From assembly GCA_963729715.1 (NCBI GenBank), contig CAVSPA010000003.1, positions 192,001-256,000 on the forward strand: 64,000 nucleotides of DNA, read 5' to 3'. The DNA is from an uncultured delta proteobacterium. Lineage in GTDB: Bacteria > Desulfobacterota > Syntrophia > Syntrophales > UBA2185. How positions within the stretch are numbered: position 1 is the first letter of the stretch; every line of letters begins with the position of its first letter. The notes under the pieces are model-generated. The model was not told where the DNA came from and searched no databases. It saw nothing but the letters and a program-made list of their open reading frames with translations. Positions 1-9,764 of the stretch are shown here, piece after piece. The position numbers were made by a program, and so were the translations under genes.

Positions 1-423
1 ATCAAGCTCGATGCTTCCAATCGCGAAAGGATTCTTGCCGGATCGAATGTAATTGTCGATGCACTGGACAATGTGCCGGATCGATTTCTTCTGGAAGGGG
101 CGGCAAAAAAGCTGGAGATCCCGCTCGTGCACGGCACGCTGGCAGGTTTTGAGGGCTGGGTCATGACGATTTTCCCCGGCGATCCTGGACTTAAGAATAT
201 CTACGGGTCCGAGGAGGTAAACCGCGTCGACCGAGAAGGTCCGCAGACTGTTCTCGGCGTCCCCGGTGTTACGCCTTTTCTCATAGCCGCCTTTCAAGTA
301 ATGGAAGTCCTGAAGATCCTGTTGGGTCGCGGGAATATTTTCCAGGACAGAATGATCCATGTTGATCTGGAGCGCGGCTGTTTAAACGAGTTTTTCTTTC
401 GCGTCCCTGATTCCTCAAAATAA
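1..423 (+). CDS. HesA/MoeB/ThiF family adenylyltransferase, C-terminal part (5' end outside window)
   Basis: Frame 1 is open from base 1: ...NVIVDALDNVPDRFLL..KLEIPLVHG..GFEGWVMTIFPGD..FQVMEVLKILLG, typical ThiF/MoeB C-terminal motifs. Confidence 0.85.
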   Translation: MKLDASNRERILAGSNVIVDALDNVPDRFLLEGAAKKLEIPLVHGTLAGFEGWVMTIFPGDPGLKNIYGSEEVNRVDREGPQTVLGVPGVTPFLIAAFQVMEVLKILLGRGNIFQDRMIHVDLERGCLNEFFFRVPDSSK

Positions 424-460
424 GAATGCGGATGCGGAATCCGTGATAAGGATTGATTTC

Positions 461-1762
461 ATGGAATTTAAGTATGGCCTTGAAGATCGGCCGCCGCTGG
501 GAGAGTCTCTGCTGATGGGACTTCAGTGGTGCGCCCTCATGCTGCCTTTCCTGATAATTTTGGGTAAGATCGCTGCCGCCTATCACTTGGCCGATCCCGC
601 CTTCCAGACGGTGTACCTGCAAAAGATGGCCTTCATCACTGCCGTCTTCCTCTGTCTCGAAATCCTCTGGGGCCACCGCCTGCCTCTCATCATGGGACCT
701 TCTTCGGTTATCCTCATCGGCATTATTTCCAGTCATGGGATCGACGTCGATGCCGTATCTACGGCTATAGTCAGCGGAGGAGTCGTTCTGGCCTTCGCGG
801 GCATGGCGGGTTTTTTCGGGCATCTCCAGCGGCTCTTTACGCCCCGTGTCGTGGCGGTAGTTCTCTTGCTGATTGCCTTTACGCTGACACCGACCATCCT
901 CACGCTTGTGTCGGACCCACAGGGGACGACGCCGCAGGTGAATATGGTTTATGCCCTGGCTCTTACCTTTCTCACTCTGATTTTCCACCGGCTCCTTGCG
1001 GGAATATGGAAATCCGTTCTGATTATGATCTCAATGGTCGTCGGGAGTGTAGTCTATTTTCTTATCTTCCCGGAGAACCTCAACATGACAACCGTAGCGT
1101 CCTCAAAATTTGTCGCACCATTTTTTACGGGTATGATCGGCCATCTGTCTTTCGATGCGGGACTCATGATTTCCTTTTTTGTCTGCTTCGTGGCCCTGTC
1201 GATTAACGACCTCGGCTCGATGCAGTCCATGAATGCCTTGGTGAACACCGGAGACATGGCAAAAAGGCTCAACCGGGGCGTCTTCTTTACAGGCCTCGCT
1301 AACATCGCGGCAGGAGTTCTCGGCGTCATAGGACAGGTTAATTATTCCATGAGCGCAGGCGTTGTCGCTGCTACGGGCTGCATGTCACGATTCACCCTGC
1401 TCCCGGCGGCAGCGATTCTGCTCTTGATATCCTTTTCCCCCATGACGATAGGCTTTATGGGGATCGTTCCTCCGGTTGTGATCGGGAGCATCATGTTTTA
1501 CGTGCTGTGTTCGCAGGTCTCGGCAGGCCTCCTCGTTGCCTTTGAATCTCTGCGCGAATTGACATTTGACGACGGCATGATTATCGGCATGCCCATACTG
1601 ATTGCGACAGTGATAGCTTTTCTGCCGGCCGCCTTTTTCCAGGAATTTCCCCAGATGTTGCGGCCCATTATCGGAAACGGGTTTGTCGTGGGGGTCATCA
1701 TCGTCCTTCTCATGGAGCATGGCATATTCAGAAAATTCCGGAGTCAAGCGAACTTCAGATGA
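461..1762 (+). CDS. NCS2 family xanthine/uracil permease
   Basis: Many TM helices; KYGLEDRPP..GLQW start, GHRLPLIMGPS, NYSMSAGVV..TG signature region; ATG at 461 chosen over GTG at 443. Confidence 0.85.
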   Translation: MEFKYGLEDRPPLGESLLMGLQWCALMLPFLIILGKIAAAYHLADPAFQTVYLQKMAFITAVFLCLEILWGHRLPLIMGPSSVILIGIISSHGIDVDAVSTAIVSGGVVLAFAGMAGFFGHLQRLFTPRVVAVVLLLIAFTLTPTILTLVSDPQGTTPQVNMVYALALTFLTLIFHRLLAGIWKSVLIMISMVVGSVVYFLIFPENLNMTTVASSKFVAPFFTGMIGHLSFDAGLMISFFVCFVALSINDLGSMQSMNALVNTGDMAKRLNRGVFFTGLANIAAGVLGVIGQVNYSMSAGVVAATGCMSRFTLLPAAAILLLISFSPMTIGFMGIVPPVVIGSIMFYVLCSQVSAGLLVAFESLRELTFDDGMIIGMPILIATVIAFLPAAFFQEFPQMLRPIIGNGFVVGVIIVLLMEHGIFRKFRSQANFR

Positions 1763-2421
1763 AAGTGGTTCAATGCTGGGATGACGGAATAGTCGATGAC
1801 ATCCGTCTGACTGAAATACTGCGCCGCTACAGTGCGAAAGCCGCATTCAGCCTCAATCCGGCGCTGAACCTTGAAGAGAGATCGTTTGGTTGGGTTCATG
1901 AAGGGCGCGAGGTATGGCGGCTCTCCGCAGGCGAGTTGCCCGGCGTGTACGATGGATTTGAGATATGCAGCCATTCGATGGCCCACCCGTACCTGACGGA
2001 GGTTTCCGCGGAGCGATTGGCCTGGGAAGTGGGAGCGAGCCGCAATATCCTACGGGGCATTTTCAAAAAACCTGTCTTCGGATTCTGCTATCCTTTCAAT
2101 GCACACGATGAAACGGTAAAGGCCGCCCTCCGGTCTGCCGGTTATGTCTGGGCCAGAGGCGGTCAAAATGACGAGGGCATCTTCCCGCCCCGCGATCCTC
2201 TCGAATATAATTTTAGTTGTCATTTTCTATCTTCAGATTTCTGGCCCAGGTTTAATGATGCGAAGAGGAGGAATGCAGTTTTTTCTTTCTGGGGGCACAG
2301 CTGTGAAATTAAGAACGAAACCATGTGGCAGGAATTCGAGGCGATAATAGAAGAAATTTCGTCGGATACGAACACGGCGTGGTCATTCATCAATGATCTT
2401 TTTGTAAAGGATCTTTCCTGA
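1759..2421 (+). CDS. Polysaccharide deacetylase (NodB-like) family protein
   Basis: WDDG, HSMAHP and FCYPFN motifs; ATGA overlap with the upstream gene. Confidence 0.8.
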   Translation: MKVVQCWDDGIVDDIRLTEILRRYSAKAAFSLNPALNLEERSFGWVHEGREVWRLSAGELPGVYDGFEICSHSMAHPYLTEVSAERLAWEVGASRNILRGIFKKPVFGFCYPFNAHDETVKAALRSAGYVWARGGQNDEGIFPPRDPLEYNFSCHFLSSDFWPRFNDAKRRNAVFSFWGHSCEIKNETMWQEFEAIIEEISSDTNTAWSFINDLFVKDLS

Positions 2422-2440
2422 CGAAATTCTTTGCACAATA

Positions 2441-2862
2441 CTACTGGCCGAGGGTGATTTCGAAAGACCTTCCGTTATGTGAGAAGCGTACACGGGTGGG
2501 ATGGATCTCGACTACCTTCACCCCCTCGACCATAGACCCTTCCGTGGCGATATGGCCGTTGATCATGGCGCGGCGCTCTCCCGGCTCTTCCTGCCAGACG
2601 ATCCCCGATAGTTTCATTGCCGGCGGAGGGGCTGCAGATGCCTTCGGGGCTTGTTCGGCAGGTTTTATGATAGGTTCCGGAATGGTGTTGGGATCTTTGG
2701 TGAATATATCCCGGCCTGCTTTTTTCGTGGCCGAGGGCGTCGCTGATTCCTTGCCCTCCGCATTGCCCCCGACTTTCGCTGTCGTTTTGCTTATCTCTTC
2801 TCTGGGGTTAACGGCGGGTTACTGGGAAGGCAGAGCCGATGCAGTCTGCTGAGCCGGCCCTG
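2441..2862 (-). pseudogene. GspB-like (type II secretion protein B) C-terminal remnant
   Basis: Minus strand reads a Pro/Ala-rich linker then MKLSGIVWQEEPGERRAMING..EGSMVEGVKVVEIHPTRVRF; in-frame TAA at 2819-2821 and no N-terminus. Confidence 0.6.
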
Positions 2863-2977
2863 CAAGGAGATTGATGTCGAAGAATTAACGGGCGTCAAAA
2901 AGAAGATGCAGGAAGAGACGAGAGTCTGCAATGTCTGCGGAAACGAAGCCAACATGATAATTGATTTTGGCTCCTAA
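2861..2977 (+). pseudogene. 3' fragment of a small CxxC protein
   Basis: CKEIDVEELTGVKKKMQEETRVCNVCGNEANMIIDFGS* with no upstream in-frame start codon. Confidence 0.45.
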
Positions 2978-3125
2978 CGGCGACGTTTGCCCTCACAATA
3001 ATCGAGGTGTCCCATCCAGGGGCGAGATGCCGAGTTACGCCCGAACCGAGCCCGCTTCTTTTTCCTTGCCATATAAACCATCCATAGATATCCTGCTGTC
3101 ATCTCCGATACGGTAAGACGTACAA

Positions 3126-3329
3126 ATGAAAGAATGCCCTTTCTGCAGAGGAACAATCGAAAAAGATTTGCGGGTCTGTAGGTTGTGCGGCAGTGGCTTG
3201 CTGGGAACTAACGTCTATAGCAAGAGCATTTTCTATTGCCCGATATGCGAGACGGAAGATACCTATTGCGACTCCACCAATAGGATATTCTGTCCTCGCT
3301 GCAGGAATTACGTGAAAGACCAGGAATGA
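3126..3329 (+). CDS. Small Cys-rich zinc-ribbon protein
   Basis: 67 aa with four CxxC pairs (CPFC, CRLC, CPIC, CPRC). Confidence 0.65.
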   Translation: MKECPFCRGTIEKDLRVCRLCGSGLLGTNVYSKSIFYCPICETEDTYCDSTNRIFCPRCRNYVKDQE

Positions 3330-3356
3330 CGAAGCAGAAGAGTCACATCATGGAAA

Positions 3357-4556
3357 TCAGTGCTTGAAGGTGCCGTCTGCGTAGATGGGAAGCTTTTCCC
3401 CTGTGGCGAGGGCCGCTGTTACTGTCTTGTCTTCCGTATTGACGAGGTCCCAGTGAAGAGCTGAGTCATTGAACCCCATCTTCCTTTTTGCATCTCCTGT
3501 GAGCTCTGCCGGATCTCCTTTGTACGTGACACTGTAGGAAGAACCAAGAGCAAGATGGCAGTTTCCATACCTGCCGCCATGATTTTCATCGTAAAGCGTG
3601 TCGGCCATGAAACGGTCGATCCGGGAGAAACGCTTATCCGTAAGGGAAAACTCCCCGACCCGTCGCGCTCCCCTGTCCATGGAAAGCTGCTTGACGGTGA
3701 AATCCCCGCCCGTATCCGCCTCGATCTTCGTCACCGCGCCTTTGTCAAAGGTAAGGCGCACACCTTCTACATAATTGCCGCTGCGGAAGGAAGGCAGATT
3801 CGCAAAATAACGACCTTCCGTTCCACGCCAATCAGGTGAAGTGAATATTTCAAAGCTCGGTATATTATGCCCGGATACGCCTATCCAGAGTCTTCTGTCC
3901 CCCGGCTTTATCGTGAGATCGATATTCTCGGATTCTATATAAAGGGATTTCACGTTGAGGCTGTTCAGCCATCTCTTGATGCCGGTGACCTCTTTGAGAA
4001 TTGCCTGCCAGCGGGAAACGGGATCGTCAAAATCAAGGTAGCAGGCCTTGACAATCTGCTCCGTGTACTTGTCAATCGACATCCGTGCCTGCTTCGCGAG
4101 TTCGTCTGTAGGAAGGGTGCTGAGTGTCCAGCTGTAGAGGCCCTCCTCCTCCCGCTTGTTAAGGATATCCCGGAAAGGCTTTCTTGCCACGAGGACCTTC
4201 CCGATTCTCAGCGGATCAACGTCTTTCAGGTGGGTGAGTGCGTCCGGTGCATGGAGAAATATCCTGCCATTTATGCCATTGTATAGTTCCTTATCTCCCG
4301 GAGGCAGATAGACGAGCTGTCTCCCATTTGCAACCCCGTAGAAGCCGCTTTCCATGGGAACCGTCATGCCCATCCTTTGAATCGGATTCATGCCCATGTG
4401 CAGTATCCTGTTATAGAGGATTTCGGCGAGTCTGAGGGCCTGGCTGTCATACTGGAGGAGAATGGTATCCTGTTTCTTGAACTGTTTTTTTCTCGCCACC
4501 CTCAATGCCCAAACGAGCACATCCGCATATCTGTTAAGTTGAATTTCCGACAGCAT
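3357..4556 (-). CDS. Aminopeptidase, M29 (thermophilic metalloprotease) family
   Basis: NIPSFEIFTSP, GEFSL, DTLYDEN..G..HLALG, NDSALHWD motifs. Confidence 0.9.
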   Translation of the reverse strand: MLSEIQLNRYADVLVWALRVARKKQFKKQDTILLQYDSQALRLAEILYNRILHMGMNPIQRMGMTVPMESGFYGVANGRQLVYLPPGDKELYNGINGRIFLHAPDALTHLKDVDPLRIGKVLVARKPFRDILNKREEEGLYSWTLSTLPTDELAKQARMSIDKYTEQIVKACYLDFDDPVSRWQAILKEVTGIKRWLNSLNVKSLYIESENIDLTIKPGDRRLWIGVSGHNIPSFEIFTSPDWRGTEGRYFANLPSFRSGNYVEGVRLTFDKGAVTKIEADTGGDFTVKQLSMDRGARRVGEFSLTDKRFSRIDRFMADTLYDENHGGRYGNCHLALGSSYSVTYKGDPAELTGDAKRKMGFNDSALHWDLVNTEDKTVTAALATGEKLPIYADGTFKH

Positions 4557-4586
4557 GATATCTCCTCTTTCCGGGATCAGTAAATT

Positions 4587-6158
4587 CTAATGTGTTCGAT
4601 AGCCGTAGCGTTCCTCGAAGATCGGGGCTGTCAGATTGTCCACCGGCACATAGTCATCGGTGAGGACAATGGAAGGCCGCTCGGCGAGATACTGCTGGAG
4701 CCGGTCCTGGGGCATAACGTGGGACATCACACCCTTGCCGTCCTTTTCCCCGATGAATTTAACGAAGTCATTCATGTCAACATGGCTCTTGCTCGCCACG
4801 ATAACACGGGTGCTGATGCCCTTATTTTCTTGATCAGGCTTCGAAGAGACAAGGTGGACATTTCCCCTGCCGAATACTTCTTCGAGCGTCCGGATGTAGG
4901 AAGGCATGAAGAGCCCCTTCTCGTAACTGTCAATTACATTGGCCATGAGTATGCCGTCCGGTTTCAGGAGCCGGGCCATCTGCAGGGCGAATTCCTTAGT
5001 AGTCAGATGGTAAGGAATGGAGAGATCATTAAATGCGTCTCCCACAATGAAATCATATTTTCCCTCGTCGGCTGAATTCATGACAAACCAGCGGCCGTCT
5101 TCGTTGAAGGACCTGATCCGCGTATTCTTGGGCACTCCGAGATATTCATGAGCCACCCGTGTTATTTCCGGATCAATCTCCACGACGTCGATCTCCGCCT
5201 TAGGATACATCAACTCCAGGGCGCGGGGCAGGGTATAGCCCCCGCCGCCGATGAACAGGGTCGCGAGGGTTCCCGACCTGTTCATCCTCCATCTCATAAG
5301 TTCTTCGTATATCCTGATGTATTCATAATCGAGATGGAAGGGGTCGTCATAGACATTTATGGAGTGTATGAGATGGTCCAGGACCAGCGCATCCGCCCAG
5401 GTCTGCTGGTCTCGTGTGAGGCACTTCCTTATCTGGAGGGTATAGTAGTCGCTTTCCTCGAAAAAATAGGTCTTGTCATCGACGGGCATTTTGAAGGCAT
5501 AACCATGGAATACCCAGGTGAGTGAAAGAATGATCACAGTAATAATAACAAGGAAAACGGTGGAGGGTTTTCTTCTCGTGACAAGGCCGCCGAAGATCAT
5601 GGCGGAAATTATCAGAATAATCCCTACGGTCAAAAGTAAATTTCTTGTTCCCATCCATGAGATGAGGAAAAAGCCTGTGGCAAAGGTTCCGATGATCGAG
5701 CCGAGTGTGGAAAAGGCATAGAGCTTTCCCACCACATTGCCTGTCTTTGCGAGGTTGTGAAGCGTAAGCTTGACGACGACAGGAGAAATCATGCCGAGGA
5801 TGCAGGAAGGGATGAAGAAAATAAATGTTGTGAGGATTAATATCCGTATCATCAGGGTCGTCTGAAAATGGGCCGCGCCGAGAAGATTTGTGAGCGGTGA
5901 AATGGAAAGAGCCCCTATGCCGGAAGCAAAAAGGAGCCAGCCGAGTGTCGAAGGCCGGGGAAACCGGTCGGCAAGCAAACCGCCCACATACGCACCTATG
6001 CTGATACCGGCAAGGACGACGCCGATAATGCTTGTCCATGTATAGAGGGACACGCCCACATGGGGCGCCATGATCCTTCCTGCAACCAGCTCAATAACCA
6101 GTGTGCAGAAGCTGGCGATAAAAATGACGATGTTTGCTTTGATAACTTCTTTTTGCAT
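4587..6158 (-). CDS. Fused MFS-like / spermidine synthase protein
   Basis: N-terminal TM block (ELVAGR..AP..G.SLYTW), then FIGGGGYTLP, VEIDP and GDAF SAM-binding motifs. Confidence 0.9.
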   Translation of the reverse strand: MQKEVIKANIVIFIASFCTLVIELVAGRIMAPHVGVSLYTWTSIIGVVLAGISIGAYVGGLLADRFPRPSTLGWLLFASGIGALSISPLTNLLGAAHFQTTLMIRILILTTFIFFIPSCILGMISPVVVKLTLHNLAKTGNVVGKLYAFSTLGSIIGTFATGFFLISWMGTRNLLLTVGIILIISAMIFGGLVTRRKPSTVFLVIITVIILSLTWVFHGYAFKMPVDDKTYFFEESDYYTLQIRKCLTRDQQTWADALVLDHLIHSINVYDDPFHLDYEYIRIYEELMRWRMNRSGTLATLFIGGGGYTLPRALELMYPKAEIDVVEIDPEITRVAHEYLGVPKNTRIRSFNEDGRWFVMNSADEGKYDFIVGDAFNDLSIPYHLTTKEFALQMARLLKPDGILMANVIDSYEKGLFMPSYIRTLEEVFGRGNVHLVSSKPDQENKGISTRVIVASKSHVDMNDFVKFIGEKDGKGVMSHVMPQDRLQQYLAERPSIVLTDDYVPVDNLTAPIFEERYGYRTH

Positions 6159-6332
6159 GGATAGACCTCTTTTTAAAATTGCAATGAAAAAAACTCTCCG
6201 CGTTCGGGCACATTTGTGCCGAAAAGCTGTTCCGAATCAACGGCGTCGATATATAGCACGCAGAAGCAAATATGCAAAGTCGATTTATATATGGGTCATG
6301 GGAGGGCAATTCCTATTGATCCGCTTTGCTTC

Positions 6333-6361
6333 TTGACATCTTATGCTGATTTACCTACGAT
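6333..6361 (+). promoter_or_regulatory. Sigma70-type promoter for the UPF0182 gene
   Basis: TTGACA-17 bp-TACGAT shortly upstream of GGAGG and ATG 6384. Confidence 0.55.
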
Positions 6362-6383
6362 GAAGTTCTGGAGGAAAATAAAA

Positions 6384-9116
6384 ATGGCTAATTTCAAGGT
6401 TCCTCATCCCCGTATGCAAAACTTCAAGGTCGTGCTTCTCTTCATCGTTGTTTTCGGCGTATTCACCCTCTCCATGCAGGCGATCATGCTTATTACGGAC
6501 TGGCTCTGGTTTCAGGAGGTGGGCTATCAGGATATTTTTTACATCACCATTTTAACAAAATTGAAGATGGCAGCCCTCTTCGGCATGGCCTTTTTCATCA
6601 TCTTCTATTTCAACCTCTTCCTCGCGATGAGACTGTCCTCCCCGATAGTTGTCTTCGACGCGGGCGACACCGTCCAGGCGCCGCCGTGGGAGATAGAGGG
6701 CAAGAGACTGCAAGTGCTCATCTTGGCCGCTTCCGTTTTGCTGGCGCTTTTTGCCGCTTCGTACGGAACCGGCCAATGGGAGAATTTTTTGCTCTTTACG
6801 AACGCCACTCCCTTCGGTGTCGCTGATCCGCTCTTCCAGAAAGACGTCAGCTTTTATATCTTTAGCCTGCCCTTCTTGACGCACATTTACAGCTGGCTCG
6901 TGTTCACGATTATCGTCACGATTGTGGCGACAGGATTTATATATCTTACCCGCCGTTCCTTCCGCTTCATACCGCCCAGGACCTGGCAGGTTGCACCGCA
7001 AGCCAGAATGCACCTCGCCATGCTTGTGGCTGTGCTCTTCTTCTGGGGCATATTTGGCGTATGGCTGGAGTTGAACGAGATACTCTTTACGAAACGTGGG
7101 GTGGTTTTCGGTCCCGGCTATACGGAAGTCACTACTCAGCTTTGGGTCCTCAAGACCCTGATGGTGGTCTGTATCCTGTGTGGTCTGTCGGTGATTTATT
7201 ATGCATTTCGCCCCGACTGGCGCGTTCCCGCGGCAGCCATACTCGTATTTCTATTAGTTGCCATTGTCGGCCGAAACATATATCCAGCACTCGTACAGAA
7301 ATTCAAGGTTATTCCCAATGAGATAGTCCTCGAAATGCCGTACCTTGAAAAGAACATACAGTATACAAGAATGGCATATCAGCTTCATGATATTGAGGAT
7401 AAGGAATTCCCGGTGGAGGAAAACCTCACCAGGGAAGACCTGAGAAAAAATGACATTACCATGAAAAATATCCGCCTGTGGGATCATGGCCCTCTCCTCC
7501 AAACGTACAGCCAGCTTCAGGAGATGCGAACATATTATAAATTTACCAGTGTCCACAACGACCGCTACATAGTTAACGGGGAGTACCGTCAGGTTATGCT
7601 CTCACCCCGCGAGCTTTCCTACCAGGCGCTGCCGTCAAAGACGTGGGTCAATGAACACCTCACATACACCCATGGCTATGGCGCTGTTCTTGGCCCCGTG
7701 AATCGCATATCCAGTGAAGGTCTTCCGGAATTCTTCATCAAGGATATCCCGCCGGTCTCAACAACGGACGTAAAGATTACCCGACCCGAGATCTATTTCG
7801 GCGAGACGTCCAATGAATACGTCTTCGTCAAAGGAAAACGGCAGGAGTTCGACTATCCTGTGGGAGACAAAAATGTCTACTCCAACTATGGCGGCACGGG
7901 CGGCGTTCCCCTCTCATTCTGGAAGAAACTGCTTTTCGCAGCACGTTTCGGCTCTTTCACCATTCTTCTTTCTGACGACATCACTTCCGACAGCCGTGTG
8001 ATGTACTATAGGAAAGTCACAGAACGGGTCTCCCATATTATCCCCTTTATCGAGATAGATGGTGATCCGTACATGGTAATATCCCCGGAAGGTCGTCTTG
8101 TCTGGATATTGGACGGCTATACCGTGACGGATCGTTTTCCTTACTCCGAACCGAGCGCTCAGATGGGCAACTACATCCGCAACTCTCTCAAGGCAACTGT
8201 TGATGCCTATGACGGCTCGGTAAAGCTCTATGTAAGCGATGCAAAGGATCCTATTATACAGACCTACTCGAGAATATTTCCCGGGGTCTTCAAGACAATG
8301 GATGAGATGCCCGGCGAATTGAGAAGCCATATCCGCTACCCTCGGGCGATGATGGCTCTGCAGGCGCGCATGTACGGCGCATACCACATGCAGGATCCCC
8401 AGGTATTTTACAACAAGGAAGACCTCTGGACGATACCGGGTAAACATGTTTCTGGTCATGACTCGGAAATGGAGCCGTATTATACAATCATGAGGTTGCC
8501 GGGGGATAAGAAAGAAGAGTTCATCCTGCTGTTGCTTTTTACTCCGAGCAGGAAGGACAACATGTCGGCATGGATGGCGGTTCGCTGCGATCCCGCGAAC
8601 TACGGCAAGATGATCGTTTACAAATTCCCCAAACAGAAGCTGGTTTACGGACCGAGCCAGATCGAGGCCAGGATAGACCAGGATACGGAGATCTCCAGAC
8701 AGCTTTCCCTCTGGAACCAGAAGGGTTCGCAGGTCATACGGGGGAGGCTGCTCGCTATACCGATCGACAAGGCAATCATGTATTTTGAATCCCTTTACCT
8801 GGCGGCGGAAAAGGGGCAACTACCTGAATTGAAGAGAGTCATCGTGGCTTATGGCAACTCCATCGCCATGGAGGACAATCTCGAGACATCCCTGCAGCGA
8901 ATCTTCGGTGCCAAGGTGATGAAGGAAGAAAAATATCCCACTCTTGAGACAAGAGCTGTTCCTGCGGGAGAAAAGACGGACAGGCAAGCGGCCCTCGATG
9001 CGCTCGGTCATTACAGGAGGGCGCAGGAATACCTGAAGCTCGGCAACTGGGCCAGTTATGGAGAAGAGCTAAAGAAAATGGACGAGATCTTGAGAGCGAT
9101 AGAAAAAAAGAAATAA
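6384..9116 (+). CDS. UPF0182 family membrane protein
   Basis: TDWLWFQEVGY, DPLFQKDVSFYIF.LP, NIRLWD, YTHGYG, NYIRNS motifs; GGAGG before ATG 6384. Confidence 0.93.
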   Translation: MANFKVPHPRMQNFKVVLLFIVVFGVFTLSMQAIMLITDWLWFQEVGYQDIFYITILTKLKMAALFGMAFFIIFYFNLFLAMRLSSPIVVFDAGDTVQAPPWEIEGKRLQVLILAASVLLALFAASYGTGQWENFLLFTNATPFGVADPLFQKDVSFYIFSLPFLTHIYSWLVFTIIVTIVATGFIYLTRRSFRFIPPRTWQVAPQARMHLAMLVAVLFFWGIFGVWLELNEILFTKRGVVFGPGYTEVTTQLWVLKTLMVVCILCGLSVIYYAFRPDWRVPAAAILVFLLVAIVGRNIYPALVQKFKVIPNEIVLEMPYLEKNIQYTRMAYQLHDIEDKEFPVEENLTREDLRKNDITMKNIRLWDHGPLLQTYSQLQEMRTYYKFTSVHNDRYIVNGEYRQVMLSPRELSYQALPSKTWVNEHLTYTHGYGAVLGPVNRISSEGLPEFFIKDIPPVSTTDVKITRPEIYFGETSNEYVFVKGKRQEFDYPVGDKNVYSNYGGTGGVPLSFWKKLLFAARFGSFTILLSDDITSDSRVMYYRKVTERVSHIIPFIEIDGDPYMVISPEGRLVWILDGYTVTDRFPYSEPSAQMGNYIRNSLKATVDAYDGSVKLYVSDAKDPIIQTYSRIFPGVFKTMDEMPGELRSHIRYPRAMMALQARMYGAYHMQDPQVFYNKEDLWTIPGKHVSGHDSEMEPYYTIMRLPGDKKEEFILLLLFTPSRKDNMSAWMAVRCDPANYGKMIVYKFPKQKLVYGPSQIEARIDQDTEISRQLSLWNQKGSQVIRGRLLAIPIDKAIMYFESLYLAAEKGQLPELKRVIVAYGNSIAMEDNLETSLQRIFGAKVMKEEKYPTLETRAVPAGEKTDRQAALDALGHYRRAQEYLKLGNWASYGEELKKMDEILRAIEKKK

Positions 9117-9145
9117 GATATATTTTTAGAAGGGATGAGAGGGCG

Positions 9146-9648
9146 ATGCAAAAAAATGGAAACGAATTCCTTGCGCTTTGTGCATTTTGATCCTGCTTTC
9201 GTTTGCAGGGTGTGCCACTATAAGTTTCAAGAATTATGGCAGTATCGTGCCTGACGGGGGCGTCACGGATGCTTTTGACAAGTATCAGGTCAATCCCAGC
9301 TATAACTATTATTACAGTGGGTCCGAAGTCTATCCCAGCGCGGTTATAAGTCTGGACAAGGCCTACGCACTCGATTCCGATCTTTGGAAGAAAGTCGATA
9401 TGACGCCCGCGAAGCTCCGAGAGATTGTGATGAACATGAAGAACAAGGCCGCAACCGTGAACTTCATGGCGCCTCTCCACGGGTTTGTGATGTTGGATGA
9501 CAGAGGCAAACAGATCGGGGTCTGGTAGTCCATCCTCGAGGCCAAGACATCCCTGAAAATGAAAGACAGCAGCACCGTGATAATTGATACGCCAGACATC
9601 AATACATGGTTGAGATTTGAAGACGGCAGCCGTCTTCAAACGAAATGA
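9146..9648 (+). pseudogene. Lipoprotein with a frameshift in an A7 tract and an in-frame TAG
   Basis: One extra A gives MQKKWKRIPCALCILILLSFAGC (lipobox); the frame stays open past TAG 9526-9528 (IGVW*SILEAKTSLK..) to TGA 9646-9648. Confidence 0.6.
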
Positions 9649-9682
9649 GTATGATCTGACGGCTCATAATTGCAGAAGTGAT

Positions 9683-9732
9683 AAAAAACCCCCTTGCTCC
9701 TAATTTATATCGTAATAGGGAACAAGGGGTTT
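9683..9732 (-). terminator. Intrinsic terminator downstream of alaS
   Basis: CCCCTTG/CAAGGGG stem with an A6 run on plus (U-tract on minus). Confidence 0.7.
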
Positions 9733-9764
9733 CCTCAATCTGAGAGCCTGCATTGATACGGGCG

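Noticed and set aside
2454..2852. 132-aa plus-strand ORF
   Set aside because: The opposite strand carries the recognisable GspB-like remnant.
6216..6383. 56-aa N-terminal extension of the UPF0182 protein
   Set aside because: It overlaps the predicted promoter, and the RBS supports ATG 6384.
9526..9528. Pyrrolysine read-through at TAG
   Set aside because: The same gene has a second lesion, there are no pyl genes in the window, and TAG is one substitution from a Tyr codon.
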